Positions 17,168 to 26,017 of a stretch of DNA of 64,000 nt are shown here, piece after piece (the first letter of the stretch is position 1; the number at the start of each line of letters is the position of its first letter). The position numbers and the translations under genes were made by a program. This DNA is from a virus. Under the pieces are notes generated by a model. That model saw only the letters and a list, made by a program, of their open reading frames with translations. It was not told the DNA's origin and did not search any database. Location of the stretch: the IMG/VR virus record IMGVR_UViG_3300045988_183533; one strand, written 5' to 3'.

Positions 17168-18229
17168 TTAAACGCGAGCGTCAATCAGGCAATTAAGCAG
17201 CCCGTTCGCGTCACAGCCAAACAATAAGCATCCGAACACACCAATGGCATGTCCTTTTCTGGTAGAGAATGTTCCTGCCGTAACACCAAGATGCCCGGCA
17301 ATCTGCTCATCTGTCCAGTTGTACTTTTTCCCCTCAATCATTGCAAGGATAACGTCATAATAACGTTGGCCAAGCGGGAACTGTTTCATGATTTCGATAG
17401 CCCCTCGTACGAGTTTTACATACTCCACAATGAGATAGGCATCGCTTCTGTTTTTATCAGAAACTTTGATTTTACTCAAATCTTCGTACGAAGAAGACCC
17501 AAGCAGCTTCATGGCGGGGTCCTTTGACCGTGAGGCACGATACAGAATACGCGTGTATTCCGTAAGGAGCAGCGGAACATTATGATAAAGGCTTGCTTCT
17601 TCTACCCCGTCCACATCACTGCTTGTCATCAGGATTTTATAATATTCCTTGATAACACTACCTGCTGTATTGTAAACGGATTCAATGCACCGCTCGCAAT
17701 ACTTCATGATTTTAATGCGGCCATTCTTCGGAAGAACAGCGGGATTCAGAAAACAGTCAAATACCTCCCGCATGCTGGAACAGTAGTCGACTTCGTACAA
17801 AAGCTCTGACCGCGATTCCTCAATAGCATCGAGAAGCATCTGACAACTTTCGAAGTATTCTTTGCGTTTTCTGAAATGCAAAGACTCTTCCTCAATGTTC
17901 GGAGCCAGCCAGCTCTGGATGCGGCGCAGACGGGAAATGGCTTCGACGTCGCACATCTCATCGTCGTGAACGCTTTCACAGTTCTGCATCATGACATCAA
18001 GGTCTTTCGCCTGCATCATCCATTTGAGTGCCGGATACAATATCATCAGAACAGCCGCTTCTTTCAGTTCCGGCCGCTCTTCCACGACACGATTTACACA
18101 CTTCGTCAGCACATAAGAATTGGGGATGTCTCCGCCAAAGCTTCTACGCAGAACAATGTTGTCATGCATAATGGCATCGAGCAATGCGTAAAGCTGCTGT
18201 TCTTGGGCTTTATTCAATGCTTCGGACAA
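17168..18229 (-). CDS. Putative transcription regulator with C-terminal sigma-70 region-4-like HTH
   Basis: C-terminus WTDEQIAGHLGVTAGTFSTRKGHAIGV resembles sigma-70 region 4.2. TTG start at 18229 with AAAGGAGGG RBS is preferred over the track start at 18274. Confidence 0.5.
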   Translation of the reverse strand: MSEALNKAQEQQLYALLDAIMHDNIVLRRSFGGDIPNSYVLTKCVNRVVEERPELKEAAVLMILYPALKWMMQAKDLDVMMQNCESVHDDEMCDVEAISRLRRIQSWLAPNIEEESLHFRKRKEYFESCQMLLDAIEESRSELLYEVDYCSSMREVFDCFLNPAVLPKNGRIKIMKYCERCIESVYNTAGSVIKEYYKILMTSSDVDGVEEASLYHNVPLLLTEYTRILYRASRSKDPAMKLLGSSSYEDLSKIKVSDKNRSDAYLIVEYVKLVRGAIEIMKQFPLGQRYYDVILAMIEGKKYNWTDEQIAGHLGVTAGTFSTRKGHAIGVFGCLLFGCDANGLLNCLIDARV

Positions 18230-18669
18230 TTTGTCTTCCCTCCTTTCGCAAGATTCGTTTCGATGTAAATGCACGTGTTGTCATGTACGGTTTCGGATAA
18301 AAGGCCACTGTAATAGAACATGACCTTGTATTTCTTTGCGGTACAGGCATATTTGAGCCGCGCCCAAAGGTCTTTGTTATGGCTGGGCTCAGTGTCTCCG
18401 TCCTCTACCCCAAAAGAGGCACCGGTGCGTGCAATCACACTATCACTGCTGAATACTGCGATTTGAGACCCTGTCGGCAATCCGATATTCTCAATAATGC
18501 GACAAAGCTCTGCCAATTTCAGCCTCGTATAACCAATCGGAGCGGCCATAAAGTAAGTATCCTTCTGCCTATCCGACTTGGCGGAAGGATTTACGACAAA
18601 ACTGTGGACGCACACCTCACCGTTCAACTCCGGCGTTTTGACGATATCAAGATAGATAATAGCGGCCAT
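18214..18669 (-). CDS. Hypothetical protein (151 aa)
   Basis: ATG 18669 with GGGGGAG RBS. Confidence 0.5.
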   Translation of the reverse strand: MAAIIYLDIVKTPELNGEVCVHSFVVNPSAKSDRQKDTYFMAAPIGYTRLKLAELCRIIENIGLPTGSQIAVFSSDSVIARTGASFGVEDGDTEPSHNKDLWARLKYACTAKKYKVMFYYSGLLSETVHDNTCIYIETNLAKGGKTNCPKH

Positions 18670-18703
18670 AAACTGCTCCCCCTAACGTACAGTAATTGAC
18701 TTT

Positions 18704-18740
18704 TTCGCGTTTTTGTGGTATTATATAAGTGCAGTAAAGG
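18704..18740 (+). promoter_or_regulatory. Plus-strand sigmaA promoter (TTGACT-N17-TGTGGTATTAT) in a divergent control region; IR ATTACCGG-N18-CCGGTAAT lies downstream at 18766-18799
   Basis: Its -10 overlaps face-to-face with a minus-strand TATAAT at 18729-18734. Confidence 0.55.
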
Positions 18741-18823
18741 TATAATTTATATTACCGGTTACAAAGATTGTTGCTCCCGGTAATTGTATGAACTTGTCTA
18801 TCAAACCAAACAGGAGGGGAATT

Positions 18824-19486
18824 ATGAGTAATAACATCAATGAGAACTCCAAGCCAGTAGAGAACATCTTCGACGCTTTCTCAATGGGGAGCAAGATGAA
18901 TACCGCTTCAAAACAAGAACGAGCCAAAATTGTGGCTGCATTTATGGAACAGGCAAAATCTTGCTTTGTTGACACGGAGAATACCGTGAAATATCTGAAC
19001 GTCCTGATGGAAAGAACGAGACTCCGCTACGGGTTTTCCGCTGATGAGTTCGCGGCAATGCTGGGATTCAGTAGCACTGCTGCCTACAACAAGACATTCA
19101 TGCAACCCAATGCGAACTTTGGAACTGTGTTATTCCCCTATGTGGTTCAGTTTTGCTATCTGTTTGGCTATAATCTGTCAATTCCGGATTCCGTATCTAC
19201 TCCGCAGACGGTAGCAGACCTGTACTCTTTGGAACTGGCCTCTTTTCTGATTTCTCTTGGCCCTGATGCAATGGATGATATTTCAAGAACATTGGTCGGT
19301 GCCGAATACCTTGACCCGAATTTAAGAAAACTGAGTTCTCAAATCCTTTCAAAGGCAAAGAAATACTTCTATGGTAACAATGGTGAAGCGCTACCTAATG
19401 AAATCCAGTATCGCAACAGATTAGATAACGCCGAAAGTAGGATTGAGCGTCTCGAGAAAGTAGAGAAGGCCAATCTTGATAAATGA
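18824..19486 (+). CDS. Putative HTH regulator (XRE-like helix-turn-helix near residues 75-110)
   Basis: ATG 18824 with AGGAGGGG RBS; RLRYGFSADEFAAMLGFSSTAAYNK HTH-like segment. One of only two plus-strand genes. Confidence 0.5.
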   Translation: MSNNINENSKPVENIFDAFSMGSKMNTASKQERAKIVAAFMEQAKSCFVDTENTVKYLNVLMERTRLRYGFSADEFAAMLGFSSTAAYNKTFMQPNANFGTVLFPYVVQFCYLFGYNLSIPDSVSTPQTVADLYSLELASFLISLGPDAMDDISRTLVGAEYLDPNLRKLSSQILSKAKKYFYGNNGEALPNEIQYRNRLDNAESRIERLEKVEKANLDK

Positions 19487-19951
19487 TTAACCGCCAAACA
19501 TATCGGCTAACTGTAATGCAAGCATCGCCTCTTCCGAAATGGGAGGCGGTGCTTCTTCTGCTTTGGGGGTTGCGTTAATGATTTGTGTGTCTGTGATGTT
19601 TTGGGAGGAGTAGTTTGAGGTTTGCGCAGCTACCGCAATTCCGTTCTTCTGAATGCTGCTGGTCACCGCATCCACAATCTGGGGAATGCAACTTCTGATT
19701 TCTTCAGCTATCGTATTTTGCAGTTCCTCTTTTAGAGCGGACTGCGCCTCCTGCATCTCATGCTGTTTTGTGGCCTTGTCGATTATTGCATTTACAACCG
19801 CATCGGTTTTTCCACCGCGCTGCAAGCTGTTCAGGTAATCGTATACGAGTACATGATTATCCTTGCTTAAATCGAAAACAAGTGTGGTTCGTACCGTCGT
19901 GCCAACGGTCTCTTTTTCTGTTTCGTTCTTCTTGGGGCGTCCACGCGGCAT
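19487..19951 (-). CDS. ParR-like partition adaptor candidate (154 aa, N-terminal MPRGRPKK)
   Basis: Lies immediately downstream of the parM-like gene in the same operon; basic N-terminus. Confidence 0.4.
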   Translation of the reverse strand: MPRGRPKKNETEKETVGTTVRTTLVFDLSKDNHVLVYDYLNSLQRGGKTDAVVNAIIDKATKQHEMQEAQSALKEELQNTIAEEIRSCIPQIVDAVTSSIQKNGIAVAAQTSNYSSQNITDTQIINATPKAEEAPPPISEEAMLALQLADMFGG

Positions 19952-19984
19952 TCGGTACTCACCACGCTTTCACAATCAGTGTTT

Positions 19985-20944
19985 TTAAATCTCACCGTTC
20001 ATGGTCAGCTTAGCACGAGCCATGATTTCATATCCCTTTGCGTTTGCCGTTACATCCGTCAAGAAGAAGAGGTTCTTGGTATCGATAGCCCGCTCGATGC
20101 TTTCACGCATCATGGCAGAACCGCCGCCCATAAAAATGAAATAGGATGTCTTGAAATCATCCTTGATTTTCTCCGAAATCGTACGAATCAATGCTGTTGC
20201 ATAATTGTCTGCGGTCTCCTTGGCAATCTTTACAGCATTTTCATCAACCAGCATGTTGTTGTTCCCCGCGAGAATTGCTTCGGCCATGTAGTCATCGACC
20301 GACAGAGAACAATGCACACGCAGTTCGCTCTCGACAGTGCTCAGGAGCTCAATGACGCCACGGTCATAGCTTTCGCAGAAAGAAAGGTCCGGAGCGTAAG
20401 TGTTGCCACGACCAGAGAAACGAATCACATCCGTTGTATACCCGCCGATGTCTACAACATAAGAACGGGGATAGCGCTTGATTTCCTTCTGAATTTCGCC
20501 TGCTGCCGTAATAGAAAAGCCCTGAGGATAGACAAAGACATGCTTGACAGTAATCTCGAACGGGATATCTTTGTACATGAAATTGATGAGTTTCCCGTTT
20601 TTGCCGAAATATTCATCGTACTTCGCTTTCAGGGACATATGCTGCGGGGGCAAACCCATCGCGAGGCATACATCGTATTTGTAGAACTTCTGATTGGGAT
20701 ACTTCTTCATGAGGTTCTTTGCTACAGCAATCAGCGTCAGCAAAAAGTAAGTATCATCCTTCGTCTTATCTTGCTGATAAGGCGTGCGGCTGTCATTGAG
20801 GGAATAATACTTCCCCATGTAGCACATCGTCTCTCCCTTGATAGCCGGTTCAGTCGTACCATGACGAACAAGACCAGTAGGAAACGGCTCACAGCCAGGC
20901 GTCTTCATTGCCTTGTTTCCAGTATCTACTCCAATAATCTCCAT
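19985..20944 (-). CDS. parM: ParM/StbA-family actin-like segregation ATPase
   Basis: Start MEIIGVDTGNKAMKT at 20944 with GGAGGA RBS. Actin-fold motifs IGVDTGN, VVDIGGYTTDV, FMGGGSAMM. The track's N-terminal extension is rejected. Confidence 0.7.
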   Translation of the reverse strand: MEIIGVDTGNKAMKTPGCEPFPTGLVRHGTTEPAIKGETMCYMGKYYSLNDSRTPYQQDKTKDDTYFLLTLIAVAKNLMKKYPNQKFYKYDVCLAMGLPPQHMSLKAKYDEYFGKNGKLINFMYKDIPFEITVKHVFVYPQGFSITAAGEIQKEIKRYPRSYVVDIGGYTTDVIRFSGRGNTYAPDLSFCESYDRGVIELLSTVESELRVHCSLSVDDYMAEAILAGNNNMLVDENAVKIAKETADNYATALIRTISEKIKDDFKTSYFIFMGGGSAMMRESIERAIDTKNLFFLTDVTANAKGYEIMARAKLTMNGEI

Positions 20945-21061
20945 AAAAAATCCTCCGAACGAGTCGCAATATAGTTGAAAGTACGAATTTTGGGATACTC
21001 TGCGTGATAAAATATAAGTGTCTACCAGATAACAATGGGACTCACTGACTGATGCATAGCG

Positions 21062-21162
21062 GTTGTTAAAACGGAAAGAACAACTAATATACAACTGCCT
21101 GTTGTTATCATGATACCACATATGCAGTTGTCCGGCAACGAACTTTTGTTCGCGTAGACAAC
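21062..21162. promoter_or_regulatory. Cluster of GTTGT...ACAAC inverted repeats (candidate parC centromere or XRE operator) between parM and the divergent XRE gene
   Basis: GTTGTTaaaacggaaagaACAAC; ACAACtgcctGTTGT; GTTGTCcggcaacgaacttttgttcgcgtaGACAAC. Confidence 0.45.
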
Positions 21163-21181
21163 AAAAAGAAAGGAGTTATTT

Positions 21182-21412
21182 ATGCCATCCACCTTTGACA
21201 CTATGGTAGGAAAGCGAATCAAAAAGCAACGAATGGAAATCAATTACAGCCAAGAACAGTTGGCGGCGAGTACAAATTGTTCCTATCGCTGCATCCAGAA
21301 ATGGGAGTCAGGAAAGACGCTGCCGCGAGCTCAGATGCTATGCAATTTAGCAAAAGCCTTACATGTTTCGTCTGACTGGCTGCTGGGCATTTCCAATGAC
21401 AGAAACGGTTAA
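21182..21412 (+). CDS. XRE-family (Cro/CI-type) HTH transcriptional regulator (76 aa)
   Basis: IKKQRMEINYSQEQLAASTNCSYRCIQKWESGKTLPRAQMLCNLAKALHVSSDWLLG is canonical HTH_XRE. AAAGGAG RBS. Confidence 0.8.
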   Translation: MPSTFDTMVGKRIKKQRMEINYSQEQLAASTNCSYRCIQKWESGKTLPRAQMLCNLAKALHVSSDWLLGISNDRNG

Positions 21413-22758
21413 TCGTTTACCGGGAAAACCAGCGTCTTAGCGATTGTCTCGGCAAGGTCCTGAAACTCACTCTCAACGTGCTCCGGGATAAAACCGATAG
21501 CAGCTTCCCTCTTCAAAACGTCGATAGCCTTCGTAAACTGAGAACGGGTGTACGAATACCCCCAACGAAGACCATCGGCGTTTTGCTGTAGAATTTCGCA
21601 AAGCGGGTCCAGCACAACAAACATGATTTCCTTCACGTTGTTTTCCGTGCAGATACGCATAGCCTCGATAGCTCCGGCAAAGCCGTATTCCCATTCATCA
21701 CTCGTGTGCCCGCACATGCCGTGAATGACCCGTTTGTCACCCATATCAACTACGATACCGTAAGCGCCTTCGCGCGTCTCGTCGTTGTAAACGCAGGTGA
21801 GAAATACATTCGTACGGAATGCATTTGATGCCTTCATGGCGGAATCATATTTTGAACCACGGTCGCTCTTCATCGGAACAATGCCGGTAATGGAAAGCTT
21901 GTCTGTCTTAGGCTTCTCCATCTGCATACCAGACTGTCCACGAGCCATGATTGCACTATTCCCTTTCTGAGGAGATTCTGTGCGCTGTGCAGGCTGTAAA
22001 ACAGGCTTCTGAACGGGTTTCGCCTCTGACTTCATTTCCGGTGCAGAAACCGTCTTATCCGTCACGGGCTTTTTATCCTTAGCCGGAATGACAGGAGGCT
22101 TGGGCTGTTCCGAAATCTGTTCGGAAACAGGAGGCTTTGCAATCACCGGAGCAACCTTCTTCTGTTCCGGTTCGGCATCTTTCGGCCTCTGTTCGCTCTC
22201 TTCCGTTTTATTCAGAACCGTTTCAAAAATATGGAGCGCTTCCTGCGTTTTAGACTCGGTAGCCTCATTCTTGGATTCGTTCTTTGCAGGAAGAGATTTT
22301 TCTTTTACGGGTTCATCCTTTGTTGCAGGCTTGACGGCGGGATTTGATTGCGGTTTCGGTTCTTTCTTAGCGGTGACACCGAAAAGGTTTGCGAGACGTT
22401 CTTCCTCTTTCTTCTTCCTTTCAGCTTCCTGCTTCTTGCGTTCTTCCGCAAGCTTACGTTCCTGCTCTGCCTTTTCGGCTTCTTCCTTTTCAATTTGCTT
22501 GCGCATCTTTGCGCGGCGAGCTTCCTCGATGCGCTTTGCTTCTTCTTCTTCTTTCTTTTTCTTTTCGAGATACTCAGAGTGAATCGGACGAGATGTCGTG
22601 GGCGCTGCCTGCAGAGGCTTCTTTGCTTCCACCTGTTCCCCCTTATTCTCCTCTTTCTTGAGTTTTTCCTTTTCTGCGGCATCAACTTTGCGCTGTGTCA
22701 TATTGTTAAACAGCTTATTCAACGCCTCAGACTCGGCGATATAAGACTCCTTACTCAT
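21409..22758 (-). CDS. Protein with K/E-rich coiled-coil N-terminus, P/K-rich linker and C-terminal RNase H-like domain
   Basis: C-terminus GAYGIVVDMGDKRVIHGMCGHTSDEWEYGFAGAIEAMRICTENNVKEIMFVVLD fits the RNase HI-like fold. AAGGAGG RBS. Confidence 0.5.
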   Translation of the reverse strand: MSKESYIAESEALNKLFNNMTQRKVDAAEKEKLKKEENKGEQVEAKKPLQAAPTTSRPIHSEYLEKKKKEEEEAKRIEEARRAKMRKQIEKEEAEKAEQERKLAEERKKQEAERKKKEEERLANLFGVTAKKEPKPQSNPAVKPATKDEPVKEKSLPAKNESKNEATESKTQEALHIFETVLNKTEESEQRPKDAEPEQKKVAPVIAKPPVSEQISEQPKPPVIPAKDKKPVTDKTVSAPEMKSEAKPVQKPVLQPAQRTESPQKGNSAIMARGQSGMQMEKPKTDKLSITGIVPMKSDRGSKYDSAMKASNAFRTNVFLTCVYNDETREGAYGIVVDMGDKRVIHGMCGHTSDEWEYGFAGAIEAMRICTENNVKEIMFVVLDPLCEILQQNADGLRWGYSYTRSQFTKAIDVLKREAAIGFIPEHVESEFQDLAETIAKTLVFPVND

Positions 22759-24421
22759 TACCGGTTGCCTCCTTTTTTGTGATGAGTGTATAGATTAACT
22801 CCTCTGTAAGAGGAATAGATGTAACATTGGGCAGATGCTCGAATCGAATACCACGAGCCTTACAAATCTGCTTCGCCTTTCCGTACAAAGAATGACTCAT
22901 CTGTGTAACACGGAAAATAACAATGTCACTGTTTGCGATAAGCGCATCGCAGGTAGCCAGATTACACTGGTCAACATACGAGATGTCCGGCTGTGCATTG
23001 CGAAGCATGTTGACAAAGTTCTGCTGTCCACCGCAGAAAACAATTTTCTTGTTCTTTGCCATCTGATTCAGCTCTTTATGATAGTCAATGACTTCTGTTT
23101 CCTGTTCACAGATACCTGCATCAGAATCATCAAAGTCATCAAACTCGGAAGTTTCTGGCCGAAGCTGAATGAGTTTTCGCTCTGCGTTCGCCAACAGCTT
23201 TTCAAGTTCATGGATTCTACTCTCGGCATCATCGTTCTTTTTGCGCAAAGCCGTTTCTCGTTTCATGGATGTGGCCTTGAAATCGTAAAGTTCTTTCTTG
23301 ACCTTTTCCAGTTTGGCGTTTGTGCTTGCCTCAGCCACTTCCTTTTTGACTTCGGAAGCCTTTTGCTTTAGCTGCTCCTCGTATTTTTTGTTTTCGAGTT
23401 CGCGTTTTCTCAGCTTTCTCTGGTTATAGATTGTAGTGCTCTTTTCGAGAATCGCATTCTTTTGCTGCTTTTCTCCAAAAGAAGAAACAACATATTGCCA
23501 GACAAGAGCAATATAAGCATCACGAATCCCTCTGTCAATAGACGCTCTATGTACCATCTTTCTCGGGTCTACTGTGCAGCTCATTGCCATAATTGCACAA
23601 ATTCGCTCTTTCATTTTCTCAGTGATAGGGAACTTATAAAGCGAATGATGATTGACACCGATACTGGTAGAAATCCGGAAAGAACTCATACACATATCGA
23701 TACGCGGACGACTGGACATATTTAACGGAGGCGCTGGAGCAACGCCATTCTTGACGGCTTGCGTAAAGAAATCCGCCATTTCCGGCATATCCCAGCTGTT
23801 ACAGTCACTGTCGTATCGCAGCGCATAAATCATATCGCCGAGTGTGGCGACATCCCAGATATCGGATACTGCTTCTTTTACAAAGGCCATCATCGCTTCC
23901 GTGCCGCTGTCAGAGAAGGAGTTATCGAAATCTTTGACGATTTTCCTAATACTGTCTCCGTCTTTCACAGATGCTGCCTGAAAAATGTCCAATGCAGCCT
24001 TAAATCCACGCGTGATGGTCCTCTTACTCAAATCATTCTCGTGGAACATCTTTTCGAATAGCTTATCTGATTCGCCGTCGATTTTCTTTACAATCTGGTA
24101 CAGCGTGGGATTCGTCTTATCGGCTTTGATGACCAGATACGAAAGAATATCAAGTGCCGTATCTGTCAATCCATCATTCCCTGCAAGAATGATGGTAAGG
24201 TCATTTTCGCCTTTAAGGATTTTCCTTTTCATCTTCTGGCAATCGTTGTCTGACTGAGCCAGTTCAATGATTTCTTTCCTCAGAGGGAAGCACTCGATTA
24301 GAAAAGCAATTCGCTGATACACGAAATCAACGGTGCTGATTTTAAATTCTCTCGGGAAATCCCTGATTTCAGCAATATCATCAGGAATTACAAAGCCGTT
24401 AATCACATTCTGTGTAACCAA
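22751..24421 (-). CDS. Coiled-coil protein (556 aa) with DUF2325-like C-terminal domain
   Basis: TTG start with GAAGGAG RBS. C-terminus KIVFCGGQQNFVNML...ADIVIFRVTQMSHSLYGKAK resembles DUF2325. Confidence 0.45.
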   Translation of the reverse strand: MVTQNVINGFVIPDDIAEIRDFPREFKISTVDFVYQRIAFLIECFPLRKEIIELAQSDNDCQKMKRKILKGENDLTIILAGNDGLTDTALDILSYLVIKADKTNPTLYQIVKKIDGESDKLFEKMFHENDLSKRTITRGFKAALDIFQAASVKDGDSIRKIVKDFDNSFSDSGTEAMMAFVKEAVSDIWDVATLGDMIYALRYDSDCNSWDMPEMADFFTQAVKNGVAPAPPLNMSSRPRIDMCMSSFRISTSIGVNHHSLYKFPITEKMKERICAIMAMSCTVDPRKMVHRASIDRGIRDAYIALVWQYVVSSFGEKQQKNAILEKSTTIYNQRKLRKRELENKKYEEQLKQKASEVKKEVAEASTNAKLEKVKKELYDFKATSMKRETALRKKNDDAESRIHELEKLLANAERKLIQLRPETSEFDDFDDSDAGICEQETEVIDYHKELNQMAKNKKIVFCGGQQNFVNMLRNAQPDISYVDQCNLATCDALIANSDIVIFRVTQMSHSLYGKAKQICKARGIRFEHLPNVTSIPLTEELIYTLITKKEATGNE

Positions 24422-24445
24422 GTTATCAACTCCTTCACCGGCAGT

Positions 24446-24727
24446 TTAAGTTCGATGGACTTTATTTTTCATACAACAAGGAAGGCAACAGATGCCGTAT
24501 GTGTTATTGCCCCACTCGCAGTGCGCCCGACTGCAAATAACACCGCGTTGGGCTTTGACGGTTTTCTTCTCTTCTTTCTTCTTTTCGATTTCGCCTTCCC
24601 GAAGGATGGTCTTTACTTCCTTTGTTGTGATACCATACTTTCTGGCAATCTGAACGACCGTTTTTCCTCCGTTGAATTCCTCTACAGCCTGTTCATGTGT
24701 TACGCCACAACCAAATTTTCCGTACAT
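24446..24727 (-). CDS. Small protein with N-terminal HTH-like segment and C-terminal Cys cluster (93 aa)
   Basis: GAGGG RBS; GKTVVQIARKYGITTKEVKTIL; CSRAHC...CCLPCC. Confidence 0.45.
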   Translation of the reverse strand: MYGKFGCGVTHEQAVEEFNGGKTVVQIARKYGITTKEVKTILREGEIEKKKEEKKTVKAQRGVICSRAHCEWGNNTYGICCLPCCMKNKVHRT

Positions 24728-24811
24728 GATTTAACCCTCACTCTAAATACGGCAAAAAGGCCATGCGCTCTATTTCCTATAAGAAATGGCGGTATGGCCT
24801 GTTTGCCTCGC

Positions 24812-25330
24812 TTAAATAATCGAGAACTTACGCTTTTTGTTTGTGAACTCAACAATCATAGAAGGACGACGACTGCCGATAGTCTCTTTCCGATTCTCAG
24901 AGTCAATGAACAGATAAGGGTTCGTCATCTTGATTCTGGCTGGCAGAAACTTTACCCTTACTCCCTGCTGTCCATAAATGTATCTCTGGAACCAGTCAGA
25001 GTCCGTAGAAACGGGTAAAAGCATGACGACCGTGGTATTCTTTTTCCTTGACTCCTCGTACGCCTTGCGCACCCACAACTTAAAGGACTTATGCCCTGTC
25101 GGGGGATTGCAAAATACTGTTTCACCTTTCCAGTCCTGCAAGAGACCATCGACACGCTCCGTGTAATATTTCTTGCATTTATGATTTTTGTCCGATGCAG
25201 CCGCATCCAGAGTGAAACCGTATTCCTTGTTCAGGTCATCGAAAAGCCCCTGAGGCGTCTCCCATTCCTGTTTGTGAGTATTCTTGACTGCATAAGCCTT
25301 ATCCGTTGTTTTCGTTTCTACGCTGTTCAT
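24812..25330 (-). CDS. Phage-type DNA N6-adenine methyltransferase (Dam family, 172 aa)
   Basis: WETPQGLFDDLNKEYGFTLDAAAS...GLLQDW...VFCNPP...VVMLLPVSTDSDWF are diagnostic of phage Dam-type N6A methyltransferases. Confidence 0.75.
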   Translation of the reverse strand: MNSVETKTTDKAYAVKNTHKQEWETPQGLFDDLNKEYGFTLDAAASDKNHKCKKYYTERVDGLLQDWKGETVFCNPPTGHKSFKLWVRKAYEESRKKNTTVVMLLPVSTDSDWFQRYIYGQQGVRVKFLPARIKMTNPYLFIDSENRKETIGSRRPSMIVEFTNKKRKFSII

Positions 25331-25359
25331 GGCAATCTTCCCCTTACGATTGATGATGT

Positions 25360-25998
25360 TTATTTCGTGGTCTTTGGGCCTTTTAAAAGCCCCTTGGTTC
25401 TGAGAATGTTCCGCACATATGCAAGGCGTCTTCTGCCAAAACCATGTGCATTCTGCTTACTTTTGTTTTCGGCATAAGCCATATCAGAATACTTGATGCC
25501 GTCTTTGTAATGCTTCAAGAGATAATCTGTAACAGTCGTATCTCTGATTGCAAGAATAGCATCGACAATTCTCGCTTCTTCTTTTTTCGAATAAGGATAA
25601 TCATCGATGTTATACCTGACCCCGTCCAGCCCGCAAATGATATTCACGGGCCAACCCTTACGGAAGGCAATGTTTGCTTCGCGGATATTCCGTTCTGTCA
25701 TGACATCGCCGGTCTTATCTCTTCTGTGCCTATACAATGTTCGCTGCGCACAGGCTTTGCATACGCCACGCGCATATATGATAGAAAGCCTATTACAAAT
25801 AGGACATTCTTCGATTCGGACATGCTTTCCTGACTTAACGGTTTGATAATCCAATCCGTTGATGTAAGTCTTATTGTTAAAGGTGATTGTTTCCGCACCC
25901 TTGTATTCAGGGAACTCATCTCCCGTATAAGTTCCCTTCATCTCTGCGGGGAGGGTATCTGCGTCGCTTTGAAGTACGTAGAATTTCTTTTTGCTCAT
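25360..25998 (-). CDS. Zinc-ribbon-containing hypothetical protein (212 aa)
   Basis: CPICN-N12-CKACAQR. Confidence 0.5.
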   Translation of the reverse strand: MSKKKFYVLQSDADTLPAEMKGTYTGDEFPEYKGAETITFNNKTYINGLDYQTVKSGKHVRIEECPICNRLSIIYARGVCKACAQRTLYRHRRDKTGDVMTERNIREANIAFRKGWPVNIICGLDGVRYNIDDYPYSKKEEARIVDAILAIRDTTVTDYLLKHYKDGIKYSDMAYAENKSKQNAHGFGRRRLAYVRNILRTKGLLKGPKTTK

Positions 25999-26017
25999 GG
26001 TCTACCACCGTTTCTGC

